DNA from: a virus
Lineage: Duplodnaviria; Heunggongvirae; Uroviricota; Caudoviricetes
Virus record (IMG/VR): IMGVR_UViG_2706796742_000001
Location: 1 to 64,000 of that record
Direction: 5' to 3' (one strand)
DNA length: 64,000 nucleotides
The notes beneath the pieces are model-generated. The model worked only from the letters and a program-made list of their open reading frames with translations. It was not told the DNA's origin and did no database searches. The translations under genes were made by a program, and so were the position numbers. This document shows, piece after piece, positions 8,586 to 15,785 of this stretch (the first letter of the stretch is position 1; each line of letters opens with the position of its first letter).

Positions 8586-9371
8586 ATGGGTATTGTAAAA
8601 ATTATCAATGGTGATATCTTTGCCGCATTTGATAAAAGTAAGTTTGATGTCATTGGTCATGGCTGTAACTGTATGAATTTCATGGGTGCAGGTATTGCAG
8701 CAACTATTTCTAAGCGTTATCCAAAAGTATATGATACTGATACAGAAGTTTACCTGTTTGCAGGTGGTATTCGCCACAAACCATGTGAAAACCTACTAGG
8801 TAATTTCTCTGTAACACGCTTAAAACAAGGCCGTGTAGCTAACCTTTACACCCAACTTCATACTGGTAAAGATGCCCGATACAGTGCTTTAGAGTCATCT
8901 TTGAAGCAACTTAACAGATACTGTGAAGTTAATAAGTTGAAGAAAGTTGGTTTACCTATGATTGGTGCAGGTATCGGTGGACTAGACCCTCAAGCCGTCA
9001 CAGTTATCATTAATCAGGTGATGAAGAGCGTAGATGTTTACCTGTATGTCTACGAGACAGAGATGTACAACGAGTTACACTCAGGTTGGAAGAACTATTG
9101 CGAACCGGAATACTTTGCAGGTGTAGTAACGTTCACAGACAATACAGTTACCCTCTTCAGACGAAGAAAAGGTAAGATACATCAAAGTAACCCTCCGGTT
9201 GAAAAGATGTCCCTAAGTAACGCTCTAGTTACCCACCTGTCGAAGAGCAATCACAGAATTGCCGTGACATTTGGTAGCGATGCAGACACCTACATCTATG
9301 CAAGAACTGATGAGGATATCGAGACAGTTTTCTCATCACCGGAAGTTACCTTCTTAGACGCAAAGAACTAA
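8586..9371 (+). CDS. macro-domain protein (ADP-ribose binding or hydrolase-like) with C-terminal extension
   Basis: N-terminal pattern GDIF...DVIGHGCNCMNFMGAGIA and later LPMIGAGIGG resemble macro-domain glycine motifs. Confidence 0.5.
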   Translation: MGIVKIINGDIFAAFDKSKFDVIGHGCNCMNFMGAGIAATISKRYPKVYDTDTEVYLFAGGIRHKPCENLLGNFSVTRLKQGRVANLYTQLHTGKDARYSALESSLKQLNRYCEVNKLKKVGLPMIGAGIGGLDPQAVTVIINQVMKSVDVYLYVYETEMYNELHSGWKNYCEPEYFAGVVTFTDNTVTLFRRRKGKIHQSNPPVEKMSLSNALVTHLSKSNHRIAVTFGSDADTYIYARTDEDIETVFSSPEVTFLDAKN

Positions 9372-9439
9372 GAAACCCTGTAGAATATTCACAATAGACT
9401 AAGCCTTTCTTATCTGGTAAATTTTTCAGGTAAGGAGGG

Positions 9440-9640
9440 CTTTTTCATTTCAGGATTGTGCAGGTAGATTTCTGTAGAGAAATCTGTAGAGAGAATTTTG
9501 AACTCCAAAGAGAAAATCCATTTTCAAACTGTGCAGGTAATCTCCAAAGAGCTTTTTCATTTTCAAAACGTGCAGATAAAAATCAGGTCGGGCAAGAAAA
9601 ATCATTTTAGAATTGTGCAGGTAGGTGGGTGCAGGTGGGG
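9440..9640 (+). repeat. iteron-like array: four direct repeats of about 23 nt ending in TGTGCAGGTA plus degenerate copies
   Basis: CTTTTTCATTTCAGGATTGTGCAGGTA, TCCATTTTCAAACTGTGCAGGTA, CTTTTTCATTTTCAAAACGTGCAGATA, ATCATTTTAGAATTGTGCAGGTA, then GGTGGGTGCAGGTGGGG. Confidence 0.6.
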
Positions 9641-9799
9641 ATGTCGCCATTTCTCACAAGACTACCACATCTGAAAAGAAAAGTCAACAGAAAAATTTGT
9701 AGCGGATTGAAAAATAATTCTTGATTGTAGTTCTGTTTTGTGGTAGTCGCGTGCGCCCGTTTCATTACATTTTTGCCAAAAATATTTTTAAAATTTTTC

Positions 9800-9828
9800 T
9801 TGACTCCTCGAACGGGGTTATCTAGTAT
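9800..9828 (+). promoter_or_regulatory. sigma70-like early promoter with A/T-rich upstream region
   Basis: TTGACT-N17-TAGTAT preceded by AAAAATATTTTTAAAATTTTTC. Confidence 0.5.
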
Positions 9829-9838
9829 TTGCATCAAC

Positions 9839-9859
9839 GGGGAGGGAATGACCTTCCCC
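9839..9859 (+). repeat. class-B early cassette hairpin, copy 1
   Basis: GGGGAGGGAATGACCTTCCCC followed by conserved ..TAAACTAGGAGATTCAAAAATG leader. Confidence 0.6.
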
Positions 9860-9893
9860 ACTAAGTAAAACCCTTAAACTAGGAGATTCAAAA

Positions 9894-10085
9894 ATGGCAT
9901 CAAGAAAAATCAAAGTTGGCGACGAGGTTAACGTAAAACATGAATACTCTTACAAAATGTTAACTATTCGCTCTTACAAGGTTTATCAGGTGGAAGCTAT
10001 CCACGAAGATGGAACATTTTCACTAAAAGGATATAGCGAACGTTTCCCTGCTGAATTGTTCGAAAAATGGAGCACTAAAAAATGA
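9894..10085 (+). CDS. hypothetical early protein
   Basis: Small ORF preceded by class-B cassette hairpin and GGAG RBS. Confidence 0.5.
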   Translation: MASRKIKVGDEVNVKHEYSYKMLTIRSYKVYQVEAIHEDGTFSLKGYSERFPAELFEKWSTKK

Positions 10086-10288
10086 TTTACAGCCGTGAAT
10101 TGATGGTCACAACTAACGTTAACACAAAGGTAAAACGTTTTTATATGCAAGTATGCGGCGCATGGCGTAGAATATCAGAATCTGACTATTGCAACTATGT
10201 AGAAACGGCTATTAATTCTAATTGCTATCTTACAAAGAATACAAAGCGACATATAAAACAGACAGCGGTTTACTATTACGATATATAA
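10082..10288 (+). CDS. hypothetical early protein
   Basis: ATGA start-stop overlap with upstream ORF. Confidence 0.45.
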   Translation: MIYSRELMVTTNVNTKVKRFYMQVCGAWRRISESDYCNYVETAINSNCYLTKNTKRHIKQTAVYYYDI

Positions 10289-10302
10289 AAAGTACTTTAC
10301 AA

Positions 10303-10331
10303 GGGGCTTAAAAGCTGATATCTTAAGCCCC
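10303..10331 (+). repeat. class-A early cassette hairpin, copy 1
   Basis: GGGGCTTAAAAGCTGATATCTTAAGCCCC preceded by AAGTACTTTACAA, followed by conserved leader with GGAG. Confidence 0.6.
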
Positions 10332-10378
10332 AGATAAAAAGCTTTATCACATTAACCTTAAACTAGGAGATTCAAAAA

Positions 10379-10759
10379 ATGGCTTATCGTGCACCGAAAT
10401 TCATCAACAAAGACAACTTCCGCAACGCACTGGAGAAGTCACTTGATGAAAAATTTAACGGCAAATTGATTGTTGTTCACGCATTCAATTTTAAGTATGA
10501 TATTAACGGGAATAAAATCAACCATTACACGGCAACCATGTTAGATGGTGCGCTTTCAAGTGAAAAAGCCATTATCAATGCGCTTGCTGGACGTGGTAAA
10601 AACCTGATAAAATGCAATAAGAGACGTTATCAGGGCGGCGCATATGGTTACGATGATGCTGTTTATCATCTTGAAAATATGGGCTATTCAGTGGAAAAAG
10701 CTGGAGTGTCTCAAATAATCGGCAGTGACGGCTATGTGACAATTTTCAAAATTAACTGA
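10379..10759 (+). CDS. hypothetical early protein
   Basis: Preceded by class-A cassette and GGAG RBS. Confidence 0.5.
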   Translation: MAYRAPKFINKDNFRNALEKSLDEKFNGKLIVVHAFNFKYDINGNKINHYTATMLDGALSSEKAIINALAGRGKNLIKCNKRRYQGGAYGYDDAVYHLENMGYSVEKAGVSQIIGSDGYVTIFKIN

Positions 10760-10774
10760 TAAAGTACTTTACAA

Positions 10775-10803
10775 GGGGCTTATAGTTCGATAAAGTAAGC
10801 CCC
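10775..10803 (+). repeat. class-A cassette hairpin, copy 2 (loop variant)
   Basis: GGGGCTTATAGTTCGATAAAGTAAGCCCC. Confidence 0.6.
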
Positions 10804-10847
10804 AGATAAAGAGCTTTACCACTAAATCCTAAATTGGAGATTCTAAG

Positions 10848-11138
10848 ATGGCTATTATCAAAAACGTTGTAATTACTGCAAAAACTCGTGATGATGCTCG
10901 TGTTATGGCTAAAAAGTTATGCGGGAAAGTGATTGACAACGGGAAACAATCTGCTGTAAGGTGGGGCGTGAAGGCTGATAAACAGTTGAAGTTAAAAAAT
11001 TCACCGATAAACCTTTTTACATGTGTAAACACTATTGGGAAGACAAATGTATACACGAAAAAGGCATACATTAGACGCGTAGCATTAACATCCCCCATTC
11101 GTACAATGAGAAGTTATGCAAAGCTAAAAATTAATTAA
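10848..11138 (+). CDS. hypothetical early protein (basic)
   Basis: Preceded by class-A cassette variant and GGAG RBS. Confidence 0.5.
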   Translation: MAIIKNVVITAKTRDDARVMAKKLCGKVIDNGKQSAVRWGVKADKQLKLKNSPINLFTCVNTIGKTNVYTKKAYIRRVALTSPIRTMRSYAKLKIN

Positions 11139-11152
11139 TAAAGTACTTTACA

Positions 11153-11182
11153 GGGGGCTTAAAAGCTGATATCTTAAGCCCC
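11153..11182 (+). repeat. class-A cassette hairpin, copy 3
   Basis: GGGGGCTTAAAAGCTGATATCTTAAGCCCC. Confidence 0.6.
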
Positions 11183-11228
11183 AGATAAAGAACTTTACCA
11201 CTAAATCCTTAAACTAGGAGATTCAAAA

Positions 11229-11525
11229 ATGAAATTATCAAATAAAGTTAGGGAAAATCTAAGCAAATTACTCAACAAAATTGATTTTATCGAGACCTCA
11301 AGAAATACTCATGAGGTGATGGAATGGATACACGGCAAAATAAAAGGCCGTCGTGTAGTAATTTGCTTATGGAATAGCTGCAGGGAGTATAAGAAACCTG
11401 TTTTGCAAATTAATGTTTATGATGATACTTTTAAAAGCCCAGTAAAGTCTAAAAGTGACTTATTAGAATCTTATGAGATAACTGTAAGTGGCAAGGTATC
11501 ACGTAAAGAGGGAACACCATGCTAA
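11229..11525 (+). CDS. hypothetical early protein
   Basis: Preceded by class-A cassette. Confidence 0.5.
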   Translation: MKLSNKVRENLSKLLNKIDFIETSRNTHEVMEWIHGKIKGRRVVICLWNSCREYKKPVLQINVYDDTFKSPVKSKSDLLESYEITVSGKVSRKEGTPC

Positions 11526-11851
11526 TGACTGGCATTACTGCAATCATAGCCATTATAGCGCTATATAAGGCATATAAAGCCTATAATCTGGCAAGTAAGG
11601 CAATCACGCAGCAGGTTAATAATAGCCTTGTAGAAAGCTTTCTAGGGCGTTTAAGTGATGAGCAAATAAAGCGGCTAGAAATGAGCTTCAGATTTCAATC
11701 AAAAACTTATCAAATCAGCGACATTTTCAAAGAGGATTTTCAGCTTGTCGATGATTATAACGCCCTGATAAATGCTTTAAATATCAGTGACTTAAAAGAC
11801 TATTACACTGTAATTGTTCAAGAAATGAGCAAACGAAAAAATTCCTCTTGA
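11519..11851 (+). CDS. hypothetical early protein with N-terminal hydrophobic segment
   Basis: Start overlaps upstream stop; TM-like ITAIIAIIALY. Confidence 0.45.
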   Translation: MLMTGITAIIAIIALYKAYKAYNLASKAITQQVNNSLVESFLGRLSDEQIKRLEMSFRFQSKTYQISDIFKEDFQLVDDYNALINALNISDLKDYYTVIVQEMSKRKNSS

Positions 11852-11886
11852 TTTTGGTTTTAAAAGCAAGTAAATTACTAATCAAC

Positions 11887-11907
11887 GGGGAGGGAATGAC
11901 CTTCCCC
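11887..11907 (+). repeat. class-B cassette hairpin, copy 2
   Basis: AAGCAAGTAAATTACTAATCAAC then GGGGAGGGAATGACCTTCCCC. Confidence 0.6.
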
Positions 11908-11939
11908 ACTAAACAAAGTCCTAAACTGGAGATTCTAAA

Positions 11940-12212
11940 ATGTATACTACTAACAACGGTCGCACCTTAAACGTAACACTGCGCCACTATGTGAACGGTG
12001 TAATGCACTTCGAGGATTTACAAGCTGAACAACATATCTTGGATTGGCAACTTGCAGGATTCCAAAAAACTGCTACCGGATACGGGAAAAAGATTCCAAC
12101 TAGTTGGAAAGTATACTACAAAGGACGTTTGCGCAGAATTTATCAGGATGTTTACAGCAATAGCGCAACAAGTTACATCATGGTAAAAGGTAAAAAGCTG
12201 CATTTAGTGTAA
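11940..12212 (+). CDS. hypothetical early protein
   Basis: Preceded by class-B cassette. Confidence 0.5.
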   Translation: MYTTNNGRTLNVTLRHYVNGVMHFEDLQAEQHILDWQLAGFQKTATGYGKKIPTSWKVYYKGRLRRIYQDVYSNSATSYIMVKGKKLHLV

Positions 12213-12224
12213 AGTACTTTACAA

Positions 12225-12253
12225 GGGGCTTAAAAGCTGATATCTTAAGCCCC
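12225..12253 (+). repeat. class-A cassette hairpin, copy 4
   Basis: GGGGCTTAAAAGCTGATATCTTAAGCCCC. Confidence 0.6.
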
Positions 12254-12297
12254 AGATAAAGAGTTTTACCGCTAAATCCTAGACTGGAGATTCAAAA

Positions 12298-12702
12298 ATG
12301 GCTATCAATAAACGCGAATTATCAATTTTAAAAGCACGTTTGACCGTCAACCGGATTAATGTTATTACATCATCTGCACCAGATGAAACATTGCACAACA
12401 TTATTGGGAAGATTCAAAGTGTTATCTTGGACGTTGAAAACGTGAAAAACTCATTAACTGACGTTGCAGCAGGTATCACGCTAGACGGTGCACAATATGA
12501 AATGGCTGACATGTTAGGCAAATCTAAGGTAATGAATAAAGAGTTAGACTTGAAAATGTTTAGATTTGCTGTTAAAGTATGGTTATCCGTCGAATATGAC
12601 GCAAATTTTGCAATCGCTGACTTTTTCGCCACCTGGTTACAACGTAATTTAACAAATCACGATTTTCGTGATATCTGCGATGCAATTTATGCAGAACTAT
12701 AA
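12298..12702 (+). CDS. hypothetical early protein
   Basis: Preceded by class-A cassette. Confidence 0.5.
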   Translation: MAINKRELSILKARLTVNRINVITSSAPDETLHNIIGKIQSVILDVENVKNSLTDVAAGITLDGAQYEMADMLGKSKVMNKELDLKMFRFAVKVWLSVEYDANFAIADFFATWLQRNLTNHDFRDICDAIYAEL

Positions 12703-12711
12703 AAATTTCTC

Positions 12712-12897
12712 TTGATTTTGGTTTTAAAAGCAAGTAAATTACTAATCAACGGGGAGGGAATGACCTTCCCCACTAAACAAAGTCCTAAACTGGAGATTCT
12801 AAAATGTTTGGTTTTAAAAGCAAGTAAATTACTAATCAACGGGGAGGGAATGACCTTCCCCACTAAACAAAGTCCTAAACTGGAGATTCTAAAATGG
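12712..12897 (+). repeat. tandem duplication of class-B cassette (two complete units of about 90 bp)
   Basis: Block GGTTTTAAAAGCAAGTAAATTACTAATCAACGGGGAGGGAATGACCTTCCCCACTAAACAAAGTCCTAAACTGGAGATTCTAAAATG occurs twice in tandem; first unit has no downstream gene. Confidence 0.65.
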
Positions 12898-13097
12898 CTA
12901 TTATTAACGGTTTAAACATTGAAACTACTCACATCAAAGATATCAAAGTAGGGGATATAGTCCTTTTTCACGGCGTAGAAAAAACCGTCACGGCGAAAGA
13001 CATCAAAGAGGATTCTTTCATGGGTCGGTCTCTCTTCGGTGATTCGTATTGCTTAGGTTACCGTGCAGTTTTAAAAGTTGTAAAAAATAATAAATAA
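12894..13097 (+). CDS. hypothetical early protein
   Basis: Preceded by two tandem class-B cassettes. Confidence 0.45.
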   Translation: MAIINGLNIETTHIKDIKVGDIVLFHGVEKTVTAKDIKEDSFMGRSLFGDSYCLGYRAVLKVVKNNK

Positions 13098-13109
13098 AGT
13101 ACTTTACAA

Positions 13110-13138
13110 GGGGCTTATAGTTCGATAAAGTAAGCCCC
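13110..13138 (+). repeat. class-A cassette hairpin, copy 5
   Basis: GGGGCTTATAGTTCGATAAAGTAAGCCCC. Confidence 0.6.
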
Positions 13139-13182
13139 AGATAAAGAGCTTTACCACTAAATCCTAAACTGGAGATTCTAAA

Positions 13183-13725
13183 ATGAAATGCTTTCACGGT
13201 ACTACTCAAGAAAACTTCACCAACCTGATTAATAACGGTGATAAGCCATCAGGTGCATGGAATTGTTCGGATATGGATGGAAATTTTTACGTTTATCCAG
13301 AAAATAAAATCTATGGCGACGATGCGGAAGAGATAATCTCTGAAGGTATCCAACAAGCTCTGGGCAATGCCGCTATTACCGCAGCTTTTCAGATGAAAAC
13401 CCAAAACATTGTTATCTTGGAACTTGATATTCCAGAAGATGAGTTAAACGATGATTACTCATGTGATAATATGTCTGGCGTGGCAAGTTTTACAGAATAT
13501 TTTGATATAAGCTGGATTAAAAAAGTTTACACCACTGAATTTAATGCTATGTTTTCACCATTTTGTCTACCTTCACTGGATAACCCGAATTTAAACTATA
13601 TTGATGAGTCTCTGGAACTCCTCGCTAAAAGCGTTCAACAGTCCGACAGTATTCAGGTTTTTTGTGACATCATGGACACACTGACGGAAAACATCATAGA
13701 AAGAGATTTGAAGGGCTTTTTCTGA
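13183..13725 (+). CDS. hypothetical early protein (acidic)
   Basis: Preceded by class-A cassette variant. Confidence 0.5.
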   Translation: MKCFHGTTQENFTNLINNGDKPSGAWNCSDMDGNFYVYPENKIYGDDAEEIISEGIQQALGNAAITAAFQMKTQNIVILELDIPEDELNDDYSCDNMSGVASFTEYFDISWIKKVYTTEFNAMFSPFCLPSLDNPNLNYIDESLELLAKSVQQSDSIQVFCDIMDTLTENIIERDLKGFF

Positions 13726-13757
13726 AAACCTATACAATCACCTTATAAACACTGATT

Positions 13758-13778
13758 AGCCCCTGCAAGGGGCTTTTA
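13758..13778 (+). terminator. hairpin with short U-tract (weak terminator)
   Basis: AGCCCCTGCAAGGGGCT followed by TTTA. Confidence 0.35.
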
Positions 13779-13791
13779 GGAGGCTTTAATC

Positions 13792-14025
13792 ATGCTTACA
13801 ACCGTTTACCTTATCCTTTCCATCTGTAATGGTCATTCATGTGATTTTAAAGGTCTCGAGGAGTTTACAGGGAGTAAAGAAAATGCTATTCAGGTTTGCC
13901 AGATAGCAAGACAAGACTACCCCGCCAGTGATGATATTCAATGTTACTTTAAGACAGAAGACAGCGACGGCGTTTATTTTGACAGCGTTGATGGTCAATA
14001 TGAAATTATCATTGATAAAGACTAG
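13792..14025 (+). CDS. hypothetical early protein
   Basis: Preceded by GCCCCTGCAAGGGGC hairpin and aggagg RBS. Confidence 0.5.
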   Translation: MLTTVYLILSICNGHSCDFKGLEEFTGSKENAIQVCQIARQDYPASDDIQCYFKTEDSDGVYFDSVDGQYEIIIDKD

Positions 14026-14060
14026 ACAAGCCGGATAAAAGCCTGTAAATTGTCAATCAA

Positions 14061-14081
14061 CGGGGAGGGAATGACCTTCCC
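14061..14081 (+). repeat. class-B cassette hairpin, copy 5
   Basis: GGGGAGGGAATGACCTTCCCC. Confidence 0.6.
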
Positions 14082-14114
14082 CACTAAGTAAAGCCCTAAA
14101 CTGGAGTTCTCACA

Positions 14115-14261
14115 ATGTCAAATGCAGTTGAAACGGTTTTTAACAATCCGGTATTTTCAGAGATGATTTTCTCGTTTATCATGATGTTACTTGTTAAAAC
14201 CATGAAAAAGGCCGAAAAATTACACTCAAAGAAAAAAGCTATTGCAAACCGTTTTAAGTAA
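14115..14261 (+). CDS. small membrane protein (48 aa)
   Basis: Hand-traced ORF MSNAVETVFNNPVFSEMIFSFIMMLLVKTMKK... after class-B cassette; below the ORF-track length cutoff. Confidence 0.35.
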   Translation: MSNAVETVFNNPVFSEMIFSFIMMLLVKTMKKAEKLHSKKKAIANRFK

Positions 14262-14309
14262 AGATATAGTATCAATCAAGCCCACTTCCTAAACTGGAGA
14301 TTCAAAAAA

Positions 14310-14651
14310 ATGGCTTATGTAACCGTAGTAACCGATAAAGCGGATTCATCTTGGTCAACTCAAGTAAGTGATAAGATGACACCTATGCAGTGCCTAAAAT
14401 ACTTTGAGCAATGGAATAAAGGCGAGGATGTAAGCCCCTTCCAAGTAATGCAGATTATCCATACAGACGACGAAGGGATTAAAACGGTTTTAAATAGTGA
14501 GTACTATGCAACCAGATTTGAAACGAGATGTAAAACGATGAAACTATTACGCGAATCCGGTTATTCTCATATTGCCGCGCTAATCTGGGATGACTTGCTA
14601 AAAAATCAGCGTATCAGCTACGTAAAACCTGAAAAAATATTCATCAGTTAA
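14310..14651 (+). CDS. hypothetical early protein
   Basis: GGAG RBS with cassette-like leader. Confidence 0.5.
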   Translation: MAYVTVVTDKADSSWSTQVSDKMTPMQCLKYFEQWNKGEDVSPFQVMQIIHTDDEGIKTVLNSEYYATRFETRCKTMKLLRESGYSHIAALIWDDLLKNQRISYVKPEKIFIS

Positions 14652-14683
14652 TCAATAACTTACAAAAAACTTTCAAAAAAGTG

Positions 14684-14712
14684 TTGACAATGCCCCTTGA
14701 CATTGGTAATGT
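14684..14712 (+). promoter_or_regulatory. sigma70-like promoter
   Basis: TTGACA-N17-TAATGT with upstream A-tract. Confidence 0.5.
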
Positions 14713-14820
14713 TGTTCGAGGGGGTTTATCTTAAAGGGATTCACTTAAAAGATTTCTTTAAAGATAAGTTTAAAAAATTGCTTGCAATCAGATATCAAAG
14801 CAAGTAAATTACTAATCAAC

Positions 14821-14841
14821 GGGAAGGAAATGACCTTCCCC
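14821..14841 (+). repeat. class-B cassette hairpin, copy 6 (variant)
   Basis: GGGAAGGAAATGACCTTCCCC. Confidence 0.55.
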
Positions 14842-14873
14842 ACTAAACAAAGTCCTAAACTGGAGATTCTAAA

Positions 14874-15404
14874 ATGAACAAATTTCAAGCTATCAACTAT
14901 ATTCGTTCCGTCAATGTCATGTCAAAGCCTGTAAAAGATACGTATGAATTTCGTTGTAATGGTGTACACTTCGCAACAATCACCAAATCAGAAAACGGGG
15001 CTTATTACGTTCATCGCCGTAATGTTGCAACCGTTGTAGTCTCTCATTTTATGCAAGCTGTCGCGGAACTTCTCCCGATGTTTTTGGGTCTTTACTTGGA
15101 TGAGTGTAAAAACGTTCATAATCACGTTAAAAACCTTTTAAACAGTTATAAAATGGCTTATGAGCGTTCAATCAAGTCCTTGAACAAGTTTTATAAAGCC
15201 CCTGAAAACACCATATCAATGGCCTACGCTGAAAATGGTGAGGTCGTGAGTATCTTCGAAGTGGAAGAAATCGAACTGCATGACTTACGCCCTGAAGGTT
15301 ATTCTAAAACCATCGGCGAAGGTTTAACGTTCAATATCAAGAATTTAGAAAAAACTTTAAAAGATATCGAAAAAGATATTGACGAGACAATCAAAAGTCT
15401 GTAA
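14874..15404 (+). CDS. hypothetical early protein
   Basis: Preceded by sigma70-like promoter and class-B cassette variant. Confidence 0.5.
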   Translation: MNKFQAINYIRSVNVMSKPVKDTYEFRCNGVHFATITKSENGAYYVHRRNVATVVVSHFMQAVAELLPMFLGLYLDECKNVHNHVKNLLNSYKMAYERSIKSLNKFYKAPENTISMAYAENGEVVSIFEVEEIELHDLRPEGYSKTIGEGLTFNIKNLEKTLKDIEKDIDETIKSL

Positions 15405-15417
15405 GTTACTAATCAAC

Positions 15418-15438
15418 GGGGAGGGAATGACCTTCCCC
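15418..15438 (+). repeat. class-B cassette hairpin, copy 7
   Basis: GGGGAGGGAATGACCTTCCCC. Confidence 0.6.
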
Positions 15439-15470
15439 ACTAAACAAAGTCCTAAACTGGAGATTCTAAA

Positions 15471-15719
15471 ATGGCAACTATCCGCGCAATTGTAAATTCT
15501 TATGGCTGCTACACTCTGGATGTTAAATTTGATATTGGTGGAACTGATGAATGCTTTTCATTAGTGAAGACGGTTATCAAGCAAGTTATCCCAGATTATA
15601 ACCCTACTGATGACTTCTGGAAAGATGCCGTGAAAGAGGCGTTAAACGATGAATACCATTACCATTACTGGGGTGATTTGATTGTATCCCTGTACTACGA
15701 TAAAAAAGGTACTAACTAA
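15471..15719 (+). CDS. hypothetical early protein
   Basis: Preceded by class-B cassette; last plus-strand gene before terminator. Confidence 0.5.
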   Translation: MATIRAIVNSYGCYTLDVKFDIGGTDECFSLVKTVIKQVIPDYNPTDDFWKDAVKEALNDEYHYHYWGDLIVSLYYDKKGTN

Positions 15720-15757
15720 TCAACGCAGCGGGGCTAAATAGCCCCAGATACCTTTAA

Positions 15758-15783
15758 AGCCCCTTTATATGGGGCTTTTTTAC
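15758..15783 (+). terminator. rho-independent terminator closing the plus-strand early block
   Basis: AGCCCC-TTTATAT-GGGGCT followed by TTTTTT. Confidence 0.6.
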
Positions 15784-15785
15784 GT

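Noticed and set aside
12712-12915. 67-aa ORF from the ORF track
   Set aside because: It reads straight through two tandem copies of the non-coding class-B cassette (its peptide contains the same 30-residue string twice), so it is a translation artefact of duplicated regulatory DNA
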